The translations under genes were made by a program, and so were the position numbers. Source: Euprymna scolopes (taxonomy: Eukaryota). Taken from it: DNA of 64,000 bases. Under the pieces are notes generated by a model. The model saw nothing but the letters and a program-made list of their open reading frames with translations. It was not told where the DNA came from and did not search any database. Location: assembly GCA_053919585.1 (NCBI GenBank), contig CM132827.1. The stretch is one strand, 5' to 3'. Each line of letters begins with the position of its first letter. Within the stretch, counting starts at the first letter, position 1. Of the stretch, positions 1 through 13,548 are shown piece after piece.

Positions 1-498
1 CATGCAACGAGGAAGCAAAATACTGTATATGTGGGATTGGGTAATGATTAGGTACCGTCATGGCATTGAGTCGTCGGTAGTCTCCAGTCGGATGCCAATC
101 TCCATCACGTTTTGGGACTATATGCAAAGGGGAAGCCCATGGACTGGACGAGGGGCGTATTATTCCCAACTCTAGCATATGATTGAATTCAGCCTTCGCT
201 GCTTTAAGTTTATCAGCAGGGAGGCGATGAGGGCAGGAGAACACAGGAGCACCAGTGGTCTCGATGTGGTGTTTTGTGGTGTGCCTGGGTTTGCTCACCA
301 CGAAATTTAAGTTTATTAACTCTGGGTAGGAGTGTAGCAACTCGTGGTAAGGATCATTTGAAGCGGCAATGAAAAATACTGGGTTGATAGATGGGACATT
401 TGGCACTATGCCAGGGACGGAAAGTTCTGTACTAGCGTCTATCAGCTGGCATGTGCGAATGTCTACCATTAAATTAAAATGATGCAGGAAGTCTGTGT

Positions 499-1570
499 CT
501 AGGATGGGGTAAGGTAAATCCGCAACGGTAAAACCCATGTAAAGTATCTCCGTAATTCCAAGTCCAGAGAACGTGAAATTTGACCGTACATGGGGATAGG
601 GGAGTGATTTACCGCTTGCAGTGTGATGGGTAAAACTGGCGGCTTCTCTGTGAGGAGTTTCAGAGGCCAAATGGTGCAAGCTGCTCTTGTATCAACCAAG
701 CAACGCGCTTGGGATAAGGAGTCAATGATAAAATAGGCATGGTTGTGGGTGGTCTGTGGAGAATGTGCCGTGCTCAGTTCTCCAGACAATTGTTTCCCTG
801 GTTCAAATACGAACAGGGCATTTTACAGCGCCGTGCATCCTTGCCAAAACGACTGTGATAAAAGCATAGTCCTGGCTTACTAGAGTGACGACGGTGATGT
901 AGGGATGGCGAACGGCTCTTGTAGTGGCGTCGGGGCGAATGTGGCCTGCTCATGTTCAGCTTATTCACCTCTCTGGTGAGGCGTTCGATGGCTGTAAGTA
1001 TAGCCACCGATGTTGCTTCTCACGTTACCTTTCTATCCACCGCAGGGTCCGCGGGTACTTCAGCCTGTTGCTGAGGGATCACCGCGGTGGTAGGCCCTCT
1101 CACAAAATCCATTACTTTATCCGCCGACGCTGCTACTATGTTGATGGAATGCTTCTCTATCATAGGCGCTGGTATTGCCTTTACTTGTGCCGGCATCCTT
1201 GAAAAGAAAAGCTGCTTTATTAGGGTACTGTTAGGGGGGACATCTTCTGCCAGCTCCCTCATTCTGCAGAGTAACTCTGTTGGTCTGTGGTCTCCTAAAT
1301 ACTCATCGTGTACTAACGTCTGGAAACATTTTTTTGTCGACACAGACACACAGACGTCCGGAGCAGAACCTCCCGCTTTATGCTGTCATATGTAGTGTTA
1401 AGAGGGGTGTCAGTTATTAAGTCCTTGACAACAGGAGTCAAAGACACAGGGAAAGCACTAAATAAAATATGTAATTGTGTTTGCTTCGAAACGTTGTTCG
1501 CAGCAAAATATGATTCGAGTTGGGCAAACCAAATTCGAACGTCACCGGCGAAGGCGGGCAATGTTGTCAT
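499..1570 (-). pseudogene. Gypsy gag and aspartic protease, frameshifted
   Basis: ORFs 1313-1570, 1020-1349, 774-1007 and 499-789 are colinear pieces of gag-pro. Confidence 0.85.
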
Positions 1571-1788
1571 TTTAAGAGGAAAATAGACAAAAATAAATAA
1601 ATAAACTATCCGGATACTAGAAGGACATTATCGGAGTACCATGTGAGAAAAACGGAATATATTTAGACAGAGGCAAAGACAAGAAAAATATTTAACAGGC
1701 TAAAAAGAGAGAGGAGAAAAAAAATTTTACAAGAAAATAAACTAGAAAAATGGTTCAAAGAGCAGTAGTAAAAAAAAAATGGACAATA

Positions 1789-1819
1789 TGTGTGTGTGGA
1801 TGTTTGTGTGTGTGTGTGT

Positions 1820-1863
<44 letters not shown>
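1789..1863. repeat. (TG)n microsatellite
   Basis: Direct read. Confidence 0.95.
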
Positions 1864-1865
<2 letters not shown>

Positions 1866-2384
1866 CCTATAACCTGGAGGTAAATGAATTCTTTAAACGG
1901 ATACTTACGTTTGGCCGATACGTGAAAGCAAGTTTTCTTTCATTTTTTTTTTTTAGTAAAAGTTCTTTCTTTTGTTTCGTGAAATTAACTGTCCCTCGAA
2001 TTACTTGTCTCCTGTTCGCATGTGTGTGCGTTCTAGCTTCGTTTTCCCCAAGAAGAGGGGGAAAAAAAACTTTTAGTCACTTTGGTTTTCAAGTCATTTA
2101 CTTCTATCCGTGTCTCTTGCGTTCTTTTTCCTAGGATATTTACCACGCGGGTCAAAGGAGTCTGGTGCAGGAAATAATGTCTTCTTTTTTTCGTTTTTTT
2201 TTATATGGTGATGAAGAAAAAAATGTTTCTGTGACGAATTTTTTTTATATATATCCTTCTCAGAGGTGTGAAATTTGTCCGTATTACTTTTCTTGAGGAA
2301 AGTATTTCAGGAATTTCTGCTCGCCGCCCCTTTCTTTGCTTAGACGGGGTAGAAGTCCAGCTCGCCATTCAGTAAATTTCTGTA

Positions 2385-2399
2385 CACGTCGGGTCACCA
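2385..2399 (-). promoter_or_regulatory. Primer-binding site complementary to the tRNA-Trp 3' end
   Basis: Minus strand TGGTGACCCGACGTG, complementary to the tRNA-Trp 3' end ...CACGTCGGGGTCACCA (one G fewer); directly next to the putative LTR. Confidence 0.75.
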
Positions 2400-2400
2400 T

Positions 2401-2818
2401 TTTAGAGAGTTGAGTTAATGCTTTTCTGGCACTCCCTAATAAAATAAATTTTTCAACACAAGCTACTGAATAAACGAACAAACGACTTCATAAAACATGC
2501 AAGGAAAAGATTTATTGAAGCAAAGGCGGGATGCCATTTAGATATAGCTAGGATAGAACTCGTCTGCCTTTGCCCGGTAGTTAATCCCCAGTGGGAATTG
2601 TAGATACCGGTGTAGGCAGAGAGAGAGAGAGAGTGTGAGGAAACAGGTCCGCTCTCTTTGACGTCTCACTGGAAAAGGGTAGAGTTTTTCTTGTCCGGGA
2701 CGGAAGCAGTTATAGTTCCTTAAGGGGGTAAGGAAGATCCCTGCACTATGCCTCTGATTGGTCAGTATGTGCCGTATCGCACAGTCACAAGAAAAGAGTT
2801 CTATTTGTTTCTGCTACA
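2401..2818 (-). repeat. 5' LTR of the first Gypsy element
   Basis: Minus strand begins TGTAGCAG at 2818, has AATAAA at about 2511-2516, and ends CTCTCTAAA (degenerate CTACA) just before the PBS. Confidence 0.6.
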
Positions 2819-3366
2819 AAAACTTTCCATTGATTATTTCTAAATATTTTAAAGTTAGAAGCATTTTTCACAACAGTTTCTTTTTTTTTTTTTAACTAAA
2901 ACGATCGATGAATTCAATATTTTAGCACTGGGCGTAATTTATTTTTTTGAAATTATTTAAAACTTAAAAGTTTTTGTTTGTTTTATAACATTTTATCTGT
3001 AAATAAGTTACATGATTGAAACGGGAAATGGAATAGGAAATTTTCTATCCTCTCCCGAGACATATGAACAACACGAATTAATTAAAAATTCATTAACAGT
3101 TTTAATTAAAGTTTTGATATGAACTTAAAAATAAAAAGTTCATTAAATTTTAGTTAACTTATTTTCTTGTGTTTTATCTTATAAATAAATTTTGTATGCA
3201 CTGTGCTGAATAACGTTATTTAGAAAGCCATTCTTAACAGGCTTTCTAACTATTCTGCACTTTCACGTAACAATTTAATGAAAAAAAGATGCCGTAAAAA
3301 TTTAATTTAACTTGAAAATCCTATATAAAATATAGCATGGTGTGTACACTGCACATGCACCATAAA

Positions 3367-3405
<39 letters not shown>

Positions 3406-3445
3406 AACAACAACAATAATAATAATAATGAGATGTTATATAACA

Positions 3446-6400
3446 AAGGCCCCTCAGATCTCAATCAGATTTGTAGTCTACGCTTGTTGAATGTCTTTAG
3501 TTCATGACAAAGTCCTTTAAGTGGGTGAGTCATCCTCTCGTTATTCATGCTGCGGGTGAAATTCTGTCCGTATTGCCTTCCTGTAATGTCGTGAGCTATT
3601 TGACGGCTGATGTGTGGTATGATCTTGGTGGTTGGTACATGGTGGGGAAGTGGGGGTCTACTGCATACATGTGGCGGTCGAGGGGCCAAGCGTCTGATAT
3701 GTGCGCGGTGGATCCAGGCTGTATCGCCCTTTTCACTTTGTACCTGGCACATCACATCATTTGATTTTATGTGAAATTTTCCACCCAAGGTAGATGAGAT
3801 GCTTGGGCCATTCCTGATTGCGGCCGATGGAGTAAGACCCTGTCGCCTCCTTGTAAATGGGGTGATGTGCATTCCTCTCAAGTTTGTGGTCAACCTCATC
3901 ATTGGCCAGAGTGACGTGGTAGTGAACCTGTCTCAACAGGGCATTGATCTTCATGCCACATGCTCCCAGATCGTCACCTCTGACTTCTTTTCTATGAAGT
4001 GTAGGTAGAACGATGTTTGGGTGATGGCAATGATTGCATAGTGGGGGGGGGGAGACAATGGTGGCACCGTTGGTCATGGCGTTCATAGACAAAATGATGG
4101 ATTTGAGGACATCTGTCCATTCTGAGCCTCTATCTTTGCGCAGCATGTATAGGGCATTCTTCATTGTGCAGTGTTGACGTTTGATGTTTCCTGAACTTTG
4201 TGGTCACCTTGTGCAGTAGATTTCCTGCATAATGGACATTTGGCTACAGAATTGTCTATAGACCTCTCCCGTGAAGTGTGTGCCTCAGTCAGAGGATACT
4301 ATGCGAGGAATCTCCCTATATCAAAGGAAGAACTGGTACAATCTGCAGGCGGCATCAATGGTGTGGTCCCTTGCACATGGTATGGCCATGAAGTATCGGA
4401 TGAAGCTATCCAGAATGGTCAGGATGTTTCGTTTTCCCTTTGAGTTTGGCATTGTAACAAAGTCTATGTAGATAACTTTGAATGATTTCTGTCACTATTT
4501 GAAATGACCGATGGGCCAGTGGGTGCATCTGACATAGTTCCCTTTACATTTTGCGCATGTGTCGCAAGAGTCAACATAGGCCTTAATGCTGCAGTTTTTG
4601 AATTGGCACCAATAGCTGAGCATGAGATCTTGCATGTGTGTGATGTCTGAGTGGTTGTTGCCCTCCTGTGCTTGGAAGACGTATCTGGCGCGGAGTTTAT
4701 ATGATACAACCAGCTTGGGGGAGTTTTTGCTTTCTCTTATCATCAGAACAGAGGTGCCTGATTCCAGAAAAAATTGCCGTAAGTGCTTTTTGAAGAACAT
4801 GGCTTGGTGTTCGCCAAGATGAATATGTGGCTCACTTGAGTTGGGTGACTGGAGAGAGCTGATGATCTTTGCTAGAGTTTCGTCCTTCTGTTGTTCGTTT
4901 GCAATGCTCAAGTGGTTGCAAACTCTGCCTGTAGGAATGGAGAACGAAGAGTGGAATGCGAAGAATGCATTGCTGACACGCTTTTCGGTGCAGGTATTTT
5001 GTGGTGTGTGAGTTTTAGGTATGAACTGTAGACTGTTAAACTTGCTGAGGTGCCATGATGGGATGTATATGCGTAATTCCGAACCACTTAGCTCGAATGT
5101 TTGGCCTACTGGGGTTGGGTCATACAGAGTTTTAATTTTAATTGTCGGCCCATATGTTTGATTTGTCTTCGAAGTATTCTAAGACAAACTTATAGCATGA
5201 GAATTCCTCTTGCCATCTCCATATTTTGGCATTGTTGAACTCTCTTTGGTCCAGGTCTGTCAATAATCGATGGTTAGTGAAGATAATGAAGGGGCGGTTG
5301 CATAGGAAATAGTCGAATTTTGTTATAGGCTATTTTACAGCGTATGCTTCTCGTTCCATCATACACCAGTTCTGTTCTGTCGAGTTGCATGTTTGGGAAG
5401 CGACTGCTATGATGTTTTTCTTCCTGTTGTCAGCTTCTTGCATCAAAATCACTCCACACGCAATATTGATGGCGTCAGTGATGAGAGCTTGGAGAAGTCC
5501 GAGAATGAGATAATGGATGGCAAGGATAGTCGTTCTTTGATCTTTCTGAAGGCTCTGTCGGCTTTCTCTGTCCAGGTGAATGGCTTATTGATCTTGTTGA
5601 GATCGTGTATGGAAGCCATTAGTTTTGAGAACGTGTTCGACTTGATTTGTTCCTGTAGACGTGTCTCGAGGAACTGTCTAATCCAGAGCAGTCGGCTGAT
5701 GAGGCTTTGTAACTTCTTTTTTGATGTTGGGATAATGCATTTCTCTGATTGTTCAAAAGTATTCAGGATCAGGCTTGAAACCTTCACTGCTTCCGATCCG
5801 TCCGAGAAATTTTGCTTTGGATGTGAGGAACAAGCATTTGTCTGGGTTTAATATGAGTGCAATGTTTTGGAGGTAAAGAGCTGCTCAAGAGTGCGTGTGT
5901 ACTTGTTAAATGTCCTTACATAAACCAAGTTGTCATCGATTTCAGCTGAAATGTTTTCATGTGACGTAACCGTGGCTAAAGCTTCTGCTACACAACGAGA
6001 AAGAATCTGCCCGGCAGAGGTAAGGCCGAAAGCCAAGCGAGTGTACTGGTAGCATTGATCCTTCCATGTAAATGCCATTTTGTGTCGGTCCTGCTTGTCG
6101 ATCTCGATTTGCCAGTAGCCACTATGCAGATCCAGGGAAGCCAAATAAGTATTGCCTTTGCCAATCTTATTAAATAGATGGTCAATTCTTGGTATCGGAT
6201 AAAGATCAAGATCAACTAAAACTTTGTTGAGTGTTCTTCTGAAGTTAGTGACTACGCGGATCGATCCATTCTTCTTGTGGATGGCAAACACCGGACTATT
6301 AAACCTTCTCAGGTCTCTACATTTCTCGATGATTCCCACATTCGCCATGTGTTTGATTTCAACATCAACGTCTGCTTTCAGGGCCTGAGTGACCGGGTGC

Positions 6401-7620
6401 TGTTTCTGACTGCAAGACTGGCCGTCTGTTGGTACCAAATGAATAATATCCAAATGAATAATATCCGAATGTGTCGGATGAATGTTCCCTCATTATTCGC
6501 TGTGCCAATTACGTTGGCGTATTTAATGAGAAGGTTTGCTGTGACCTCTAATTCGTCTTGGTTTGGGTGATTTGGCAATGTTATGCTTCAGCCAGGTTAG
6601 TTTTCCTCTAGCGCCAGGGTGTTGGGCTGAGGTTCCATCATGAACTCATTCTGGATTAGGGCGGATTGAGGGTTGTATATAGGATCATAGACTGATGATG
6701 TCGGTGGTGTGATAGTGGCTGTGTGTGTTGGATGACCTGAGAAAAGTGTGCATCTGAATTCTACAGTAGAATTCTGGTTGTCAATTAGATATGAGCTGAG
6801 CATACTGCGATGCAAGACATTTTAGTCAATCAAGGTCATCACCAGCACGTCACTTTTTCAAAAGTAGGGGAGTTCCAATTGCCGGTGGTGAAGTTACAGG
6901 TCAATTTGCCGAGGGAGGTGATACCTCTTACCCAGACGTCGGTGTAGGTCATATATTTCTTAGCTTCTCCGGGTAGCTGTGATATAGGTATGATGCATTT
7001 GGAGCATATAAAGTCTAGCATCGCAATCCCAGAGAAGTATACGTCATTTATGTTGAAGGTGGATTGTACGAGTGGTGATTGATGAGGGAGTCCCTGAGGT
7101 TGAAGACGTGATGGCTGGTGTAGGGATAGAGCAAACGGGGTATCACATCTCGTCTTGCCAAAAGTGAAAATCCCCTTTTATGGATGGTAGGTCATCACCT
7201 GTTGTTGCTATGTGGGCCTGTGCTTGAATGCGAGGTGGGTGACGATACGGGCAGTTGCATCTACGGAAACACGGTCGTCCTCTAAGGTAATTCTTGCACA
7301 ATGGGGTACGTGGCGTGTGTTGGCGGTCTTTGTGTGTCTGATGATGGTCATGTCTTGGTTGGTTGCTGGGGCTTGTCTGGTGTTGGCGGGGTGGTCGGTC
7401 TGTCCTTAGTGGCATGTCTCTTTGACTTGACTGCTGTGGTTTTTGTAATTTTATGAGCAGCACTGATGTCAGATTTTACACCACGATCGAAGTACCTTTG
7501 GGTTTCGCAGGCTATGCCGGCTACACTGTAGTGGTTGTTCACTGTCTTGACAAGATGGGGATAATGATTTGAATTCCAGACCTTCACCTTTCACTCATCA
7601 GCATCACATGCCTATGATAG
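3446..7620 (-). mobile_element. Degenerate Ty3/Gypsy internal region (gag with CCCH finger, PR, RT, RNase H, integrase); LTRs not recognisable
   Basis: RT 5848-6453 (LDLHSGYWQI, YTRLAFGL, EIDDNLV); connection/RNase H 5200-5787; integrase 3757-4911; protease remnant 6839-7021; PR-RT-RH-INT order; many stops and frameshifts. Confidence 0.9.
5848..6453 (-). pseudogene. Gypsy reverse transcriptase fragment
   Basis: FNSPVFAIHKKNGSIRVV, DLHSGYWQI, AFGL and degenerate xxDD motifs. Confidence 0.9.
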
Positions 7621-9839
7621 ATATAAGTCCATCCATGGTCAAATCCATGTTTTTGTCCTTTTGTATTTGGTTTTTATGTGGACAGCTGCTTCTCTCAACA
7701 ATAAACAAAATAATTTAATTTTTAAACAAAAAAAGTAAATTTGGTATCCCTTTTTTTTTTTTTTTGCATCAGTAAAATTCACCGTTCACATTGGAAATGT
7801 CGACTTTTATAGCTTTATGGGTATGCTTACAATGAATAACCTCAAACCTCCCAATGTTAAGAACAGTTTTTGAAATAGACACCCCAACATCGCCATGTTA
7901 ACAACGGCTTTGGGAAATACTTCATGTTCATTGAGAAACTTCCTACTTAAATCTTCTTGTTCTCAAAATTTTACTCTTGCATAAAAATTATTATATTTGC
8001 AACTTGTGCACATATCCATGGTCGTGCTATCCATTTTTAAAACTTAATTTTTATTATTTTATCAATTAGTTTCGATTTCGGGGGCCATCATGCGCGAAAA
8101 AAAAAAAAAAAAGAGTAAAATTTAAATTTCCATTCCATTTTTAAAACAACCGTAAAACAGCGTTCTCTCGAATTTTACCCAATTTATGATTAATTTATTA
8201 AAAAAAATAATTAAATGAATGCATATTTTTTTTTTTACTACTGAAAAACATAACTTTAGTACGATTTTTTTTTGTTTTAATAAAATCATAAATTTACACA
8301 ACGATTCAAATAAAAACAATGGTGCTAATGCATTTACTGGTCCGCGCTATTTTTTAAAATCGTATTTCCAAGTTTAATTAAAGTTTTATTATATGCTGTT
8401 TTATTCAATTGTAAGGTTAAAGTACAGAATAGGTACAACACTACAACACCCTCCCTTCCTCATGTTAAGAATGACTTTTTAAATAATAATGTTATTATTT
8501 CAGCACGGATCACTCTCTGCATGAGTACCAAAATAATGAGTTCAATATATTTTGTGATCATTATTTGATAAATAGTGAAAATTTCATTAAAACTGATTAT
8601 TTTTTCATTAAAATTGATTAATTTTAATGTTCACGATACTCTTCTGTCGCGAAGACAAAAAATCGAAGAAGGCGGTGATTGAATGAAAATCGTTACCATG
8701 CTTAAAAGTTCCGACTTGTTTCTTTTCATGTAATATTTACGTTTATTGATGATATATTGAAAACAAATATGAGATAATTTTTTCCCTGAATTGTTTCTTT
8801 TTAGCGACTTCTTCTTTATCTACTTTATGTATATTGAAAATGCATACACTAGATCATTTTATTATTATATTTTTTTAATATTAATTTGTTCAGCATAATT
8901 TCCTGTGTGCACATGATTATTGCAAAGATGTTTATAGGCACCGCCGAAACTGCGGGGGGGGGGTAAGTATTTTTTGACGGACCGTCTTTTTAAAAATCTA
9001 CCAAAAATCAGGTAATTATCCGATCAATACGAAATTTTCAGCGATTATTAAGAGAAGAATGAACTTTATAACAGTGTACTTATTTTTCATAAACGATATT
9101 TATATATATATATATATTTTTGCTTAACCCTCCCTTGTTTTGAGGGGGAACAATTATGCTTAAAATAATCATCTGAAACTGAACACAACATATTGTGTTG
9201 TTGTAAGGGACAGAATTATAGATTTAAAAAAAAAAAATTGTTTGCATACCTTATTTTGACGTCTGAATATCAGAACTTAAATTGTGTTTAATTATCCCGC
9301 TTTTGAGTTTTGAAGTGTGAAATTCGGTGAATATGTTAAGTAAAATAATTAATTTAAGTTAAACAAAACAAAAAAAAAATGTAATATTTATACGAAAAAA
9401 AGCCATTTTAAAATCTTTGATAAATAAATTAACAATTTTTTTTCAGCGAGCCGAATAATGCATGACCATTATTAAACAGGGCATGCTTTGAAGAATCGAT
9501 ACAAAAAAAAATTCGATAAATATTGTGGCCTTTGTGTTAAAAATAGCATCATTTTTTCGATCACGTTTGAAAACGTTTGCCGCCTTTCGACTACGGTGGA
9601 CCAAACGCGCTGAAATATTTTTTCTTTTAGTCTACTTTAAATTGCCCCCCCCCATTTTGGGGAGCCTGGCCCCCACACACATACACATTAAAAACCAAAC
9701 TCATACAAATGGTCACCCATCTGGTACTGGCCAGCCTCAGCGCTAATAATACATTGAAATTTTCGTCACTGAAAAATAAGTTTTTTGGACTGTTTGTTCT
9801 TCCATAGTTTCCTTTTTATCAAATACAAACGTAAACATT

Positions 9840-9869
9840 GTCGATCTAGAGTCTAGACTCTAGATCGAC
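9840..9869. repeat. Perfect 30-bp palindrome
   Basis: GTCGATCTAGAGTCT|AGACTCTAGATCGAC is its own reverse complement. Confidence 0.95.
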
Positions 9870-10291
9870 GGGAAGTAACTGGTTGCCTATATGAATAAGT
9901 GGAATTATTTGAAATCCAGGTACTTATATTATAATATTTTTGCATATTCTCATAGAAAATCATCCTAAATCAGAGTTAGACAACAAATAAATAAATTAAT
10001 TATTTCAAAACCCTTTTTTTTTGTTTAACTATTTAAGTACGTTTTTTGTGCAAGACAAAAAATGTCAATTGTTAACTTTTTGGGAAAATTTAACATTTAA
10101 AATTAAATTAAAAATAGTAGAAAAAGTTTTACATTATTTTGTTTTCTATATGATAAAATTCAGGGTTTTATCTTTCTGGAAAAAGAAAAGTTACTCAGAA
10201 ATAATGGATTTTAATAAATGTAATTTCGTTTTAAAAAACAACAACAACTTGATTTTTCGGCCATTTTTGACGGTGCCTATATTCATCAAAT

Positions 10292-10298
<7 letters not shown>

Positions 10299-10351
<53 letters not shown>
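10299..10351. repeat. (GT)n microsatellite
   Basis: Direct read. Confidence 0.95.
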
Positions 10352-10354
<3 letters not shown>

Positions 10355-10884
10355 AAACATAAAATATAATAGGAAATTTTATCAATTGTGTGCTTCCATA
10401 CCTAAATTGAGAGAGGTGGGTGCCAACTTCCTGTGTGTTTAAAAGTTAGTGTCTCCTTCCATGCACGATTTCCACCAAATAGCGTAGTGTTAAATATATT
10501 CTCCGACTCATGCCCGTTGTTGTGAATATGGATTATCTCCCTTGATAATCCAAGACTATAAAGCCTGTGCATTTCCGCTTTTTGAGTAGATAAGTAGTCG
10601 AATTGTTAATTGAATAATAAAGGTTACTAGACGGAAACTTCTGTTTTCATTACGATTTATTCAATTAAAGAATGGAACATTTTATACGACCGAAGCAATT
10701 TACAACAGATTCAGAAAGCAATTCAGCCGACAAGAAGTGCTGGAAACATTGGCGGGAGACCTTTACAAATTTTATCAAGGTTCTACATTCAGAAAGACTG
10801 GGACTTCCCATCAATAAGTGTGCCCTCCTAACCAACTCCTTGCCTCACACAGTCAACAAAATTATCTCGGATTGCATTACCTGC

Positions 10885-11065
10885 TGTTATGGAGTACGTA
10901 GCCGCGGCTACAACAAAGTATGTGGCTGTGACTACAACCTCCTGCGAAACTGAATATGAAAACACGACTAGCTTCACGAGCGAGGATTGATTCGGGCAAT
11001 AAAGCTGCGGCATATTCTTAACTCAATATCGGCTTTGTGTTCTCTCTGCTTCTCACTACTTAACA
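10885..11065 (+). repeat. 5' LTR of the nested Gypsy
   Basis: TG...CA termini, AATAAA, homologous to 14449-14605. Confidence 0.92.
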
Positions 11066-12579
11066 TGGTGTCAGAGGGATTTCTCTCTTCGGAATAACCC
11101 ATATACACTCAGTGAACACTTCCAACACATGATCGGCAAACCCCACGCAGTATAATACTCTAAACTCTAGTCTTACATACACCCTCGTCTCTGTACAAAA
11201 GAGACATCTATCGAACCACGTGGATTCAAACAAGCTCGGAATTTTGACAAAGCCTATTCATCAATAAACATGGCGTATGCAATTCCACCACCAGAAAAAA
11301 TGGAAATGGATGGCGATTTGTGAGAAAACTGGGCGCTTTTCAAACTAACACGGGAGAACTATGCAGCCGCAATGGAAATTGGGAAAAAAGCAGAAAATGT
11401 ACAGGTAGGCACACTTCTTTCACTAATCAGCAAGGAATGTCTGCAAATATATAAAAACCTGCCAAAGTCGGCAGAGGAACAAGCAGATACAAAAAATTTT
11501 TTGGAAAGACTGACAAATTACTTTGAACCCAAACAGAACATTATATATCAACGGCATACATTTAATTCCTGTACACAGGAACAGGGCGAAAAATTTGACG
11601 TGAATTTGATCAAACTAAGACACTTAATCAAAACGTGCGACTACGGTACCCTTGAGGATGAGCTACTGCGTGACCGAATAGTAACAGGCACCAGTAATAA
11701 TTATGTTCAGGCCAGGCTCCTCAGTGAATCTGGACTCACCCTAGACAGGGCGATAGATATTTACAGGAGCACTGAACAGGCTAAACAACAGCTCAGCAAA
11801 CTGAACAACCCAACAGAAACTATCCACTACACCAAGGGAGATAAGAGAAAGCCACGAGAATTCATAAAGGACTGCAAATTCTGTGGACAGAGCCACGACA
11901 AAGAAAGTGTCAGGCTTATGGACTCACATGTGCTATCTGCTTAAAGCGCAACCGTATTGCCAGAGTATGCCAATCACAGGTGCAACCCACCCCATCACAA
12001 TAGCAAAATAAATCCTCAACACAGCGAACTGCAAAGGTGCGCTTCATGGAAACAGAGGCAGTCAGCAGTGATGAAAGCATTTATGCCCTGAGAAGTCTCA
12101 CAGATCGCAAACATTATCAGGCACACGTTTGCATATTCACCCCAGGAGACAGCACAAAAACCTTATGCAAATTCCAAATTGACACTGAGGCCAACTGCAG
12201 TACCTTGGCCTTTACTGACTACAAACGCATTACTACAACCGTCTCTCACAAAGTTGAAGCTGTATGACAACTCTATACTTCAACCTTTAGGCTCAATAAC
12301 ATTCCACTGTGAAGTGAAGGGAATAAAAGAAAAGGGTCACCTCCAAGTCGTGGATAGCAGCTCACCATGAAAATGAAGAACGCCAGACTCTTCTCAGTTG
12401 TAGATGCCAAAGACGGCTTCCTTCAGGTCGTTCTAGACGAGCCATCCTCATATTTAATGACATGCTGGACCCCCTTTGGCATAATATGGTGGCTTCGAAT
12501 GCCATTTGGAATCAGCTCAGCCCCCGAAGAATGACAGTGACAACTTGACTCCTGTTTCGAAGGACTCCATAACATACAA

Positions 12580-13548
12580 GTGATGGCAGACGATACTATA
12601 CTCTACGGGTCCGGTGATAGCGATGCAGAAGTTGAAAAAAACCATGATGCTGCCCTTGTGGCACTTCTAGAAAGGTGCCGCAAACAAGGAGTAAAACTCA
12701 ACCCTAATAAGTTCAACTTCAAAAAAACCTCTGTTAGCTACATGGGACATACTTTCAGTGCACAAGGGTTGGCACCAGATTCGGATAAAGTCAAAGCAAT
12801 ATCAAAGATGCAATGCCCTACGGTTATCCAAGGCATTCAGCGATTACGAGGAGTCGTAAACTACCTCGCCAAGTTTGCACCCAAACTCAGTACAGAATGT
12901 GAACCACTGAGACGCTTACTGAACAAGGAATCTGTCTTTGACTGGCTGCCGCAACACGAAACAGCATTTATTCAGATTAAAAAGCTCATCACTGAAGCCC
13001 CTATTCTTCATTATTATGACCTCAATAAGGAGGTCTCACTTGAATGTGACAGCTTGGAAGTCGGTCTAGGGGCAGTCCTAACACAGGAAGGACATCCCAT
13101 TACATATGCATCCCGAGCACTCAGAAAAACGGAGCGAAACTATGCCCAGATTGAGAAAGAGTGTCTTGCCATCGTATTCGTCACAGAACGTTTTGAACAA
13201 TACATTCTCGGTAAAGAGAAAATCAAAGTATTCTCCGATCATAAACCACCGGAGACAATACTCGCAAAACCCATTCATGTGAGCCCAAAGAGACTCGAGC
13301 GGATGCGGCTAAGGCTTCACAAATACTCCTTAGATGTGAGATACAAGCCAGGACCCCAAATGTACATAAGCGATACCCTGTCTTGTGCCTCACTACCTAC
13401 TCATGAAGTCACGACAGAAGATAACTGCACCATATTCCAACTGCAAGAACAGGGAACTCACAAGAGACTTGGAAAACATCAATATGGAAAACAGCCTCTT
13501 TGTTACAGACCATCGCATCTTACAGATTCGAGAAGAGACCAGTCATGA
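12580..13548 (+). pseudogene. Gypsy RT C-terminus and RNase H
   Basis: MADD, CDSLEVGLGAVL, YASRAL, NYAQIEKECLAIVF, SDHKP motifs. Confidence 0.92.

Larger units (their letters stand above)
1..2818 (-). mobile_element. Degenerate Ty3/Gypsy LTR retrotransposon (5' LTR, PBS, gag, protease, start of RT; runs off the window's left edge)
   Basis: Minus-strand gag fragments (1313-1570 WFAQLESYF; 1020-1349 LGDHRPTELL; 774-1007 CFYHSRFGKDARRC), protease LVDTRAA (499-789), and RT N-terminus read by eye at 1-330 ([28 protein letters not shown]...GDYRRLN). Several frameshifts. Confidence 0.92.

Noticed and set aside
1628-1645. Second PBS-like CA-TGGTACTCCGA near the gag start
   Set aside because: Could not be matched confidently to a tRNA or to a bounded LTR; the Trp PBS at 2385-2399 fits better.
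3434-3445. TGTTATATAACA as a collapsed mini-LTR
   Set aside because: It follows a purine tract, but 12 AT-rich bases next to microsatellites are too little evidence.
9840-9869. Cloning-vector polylinker contamination
   Set aside because: No true SalI site or other polylinker sites, and no vector sequence in the flanks.
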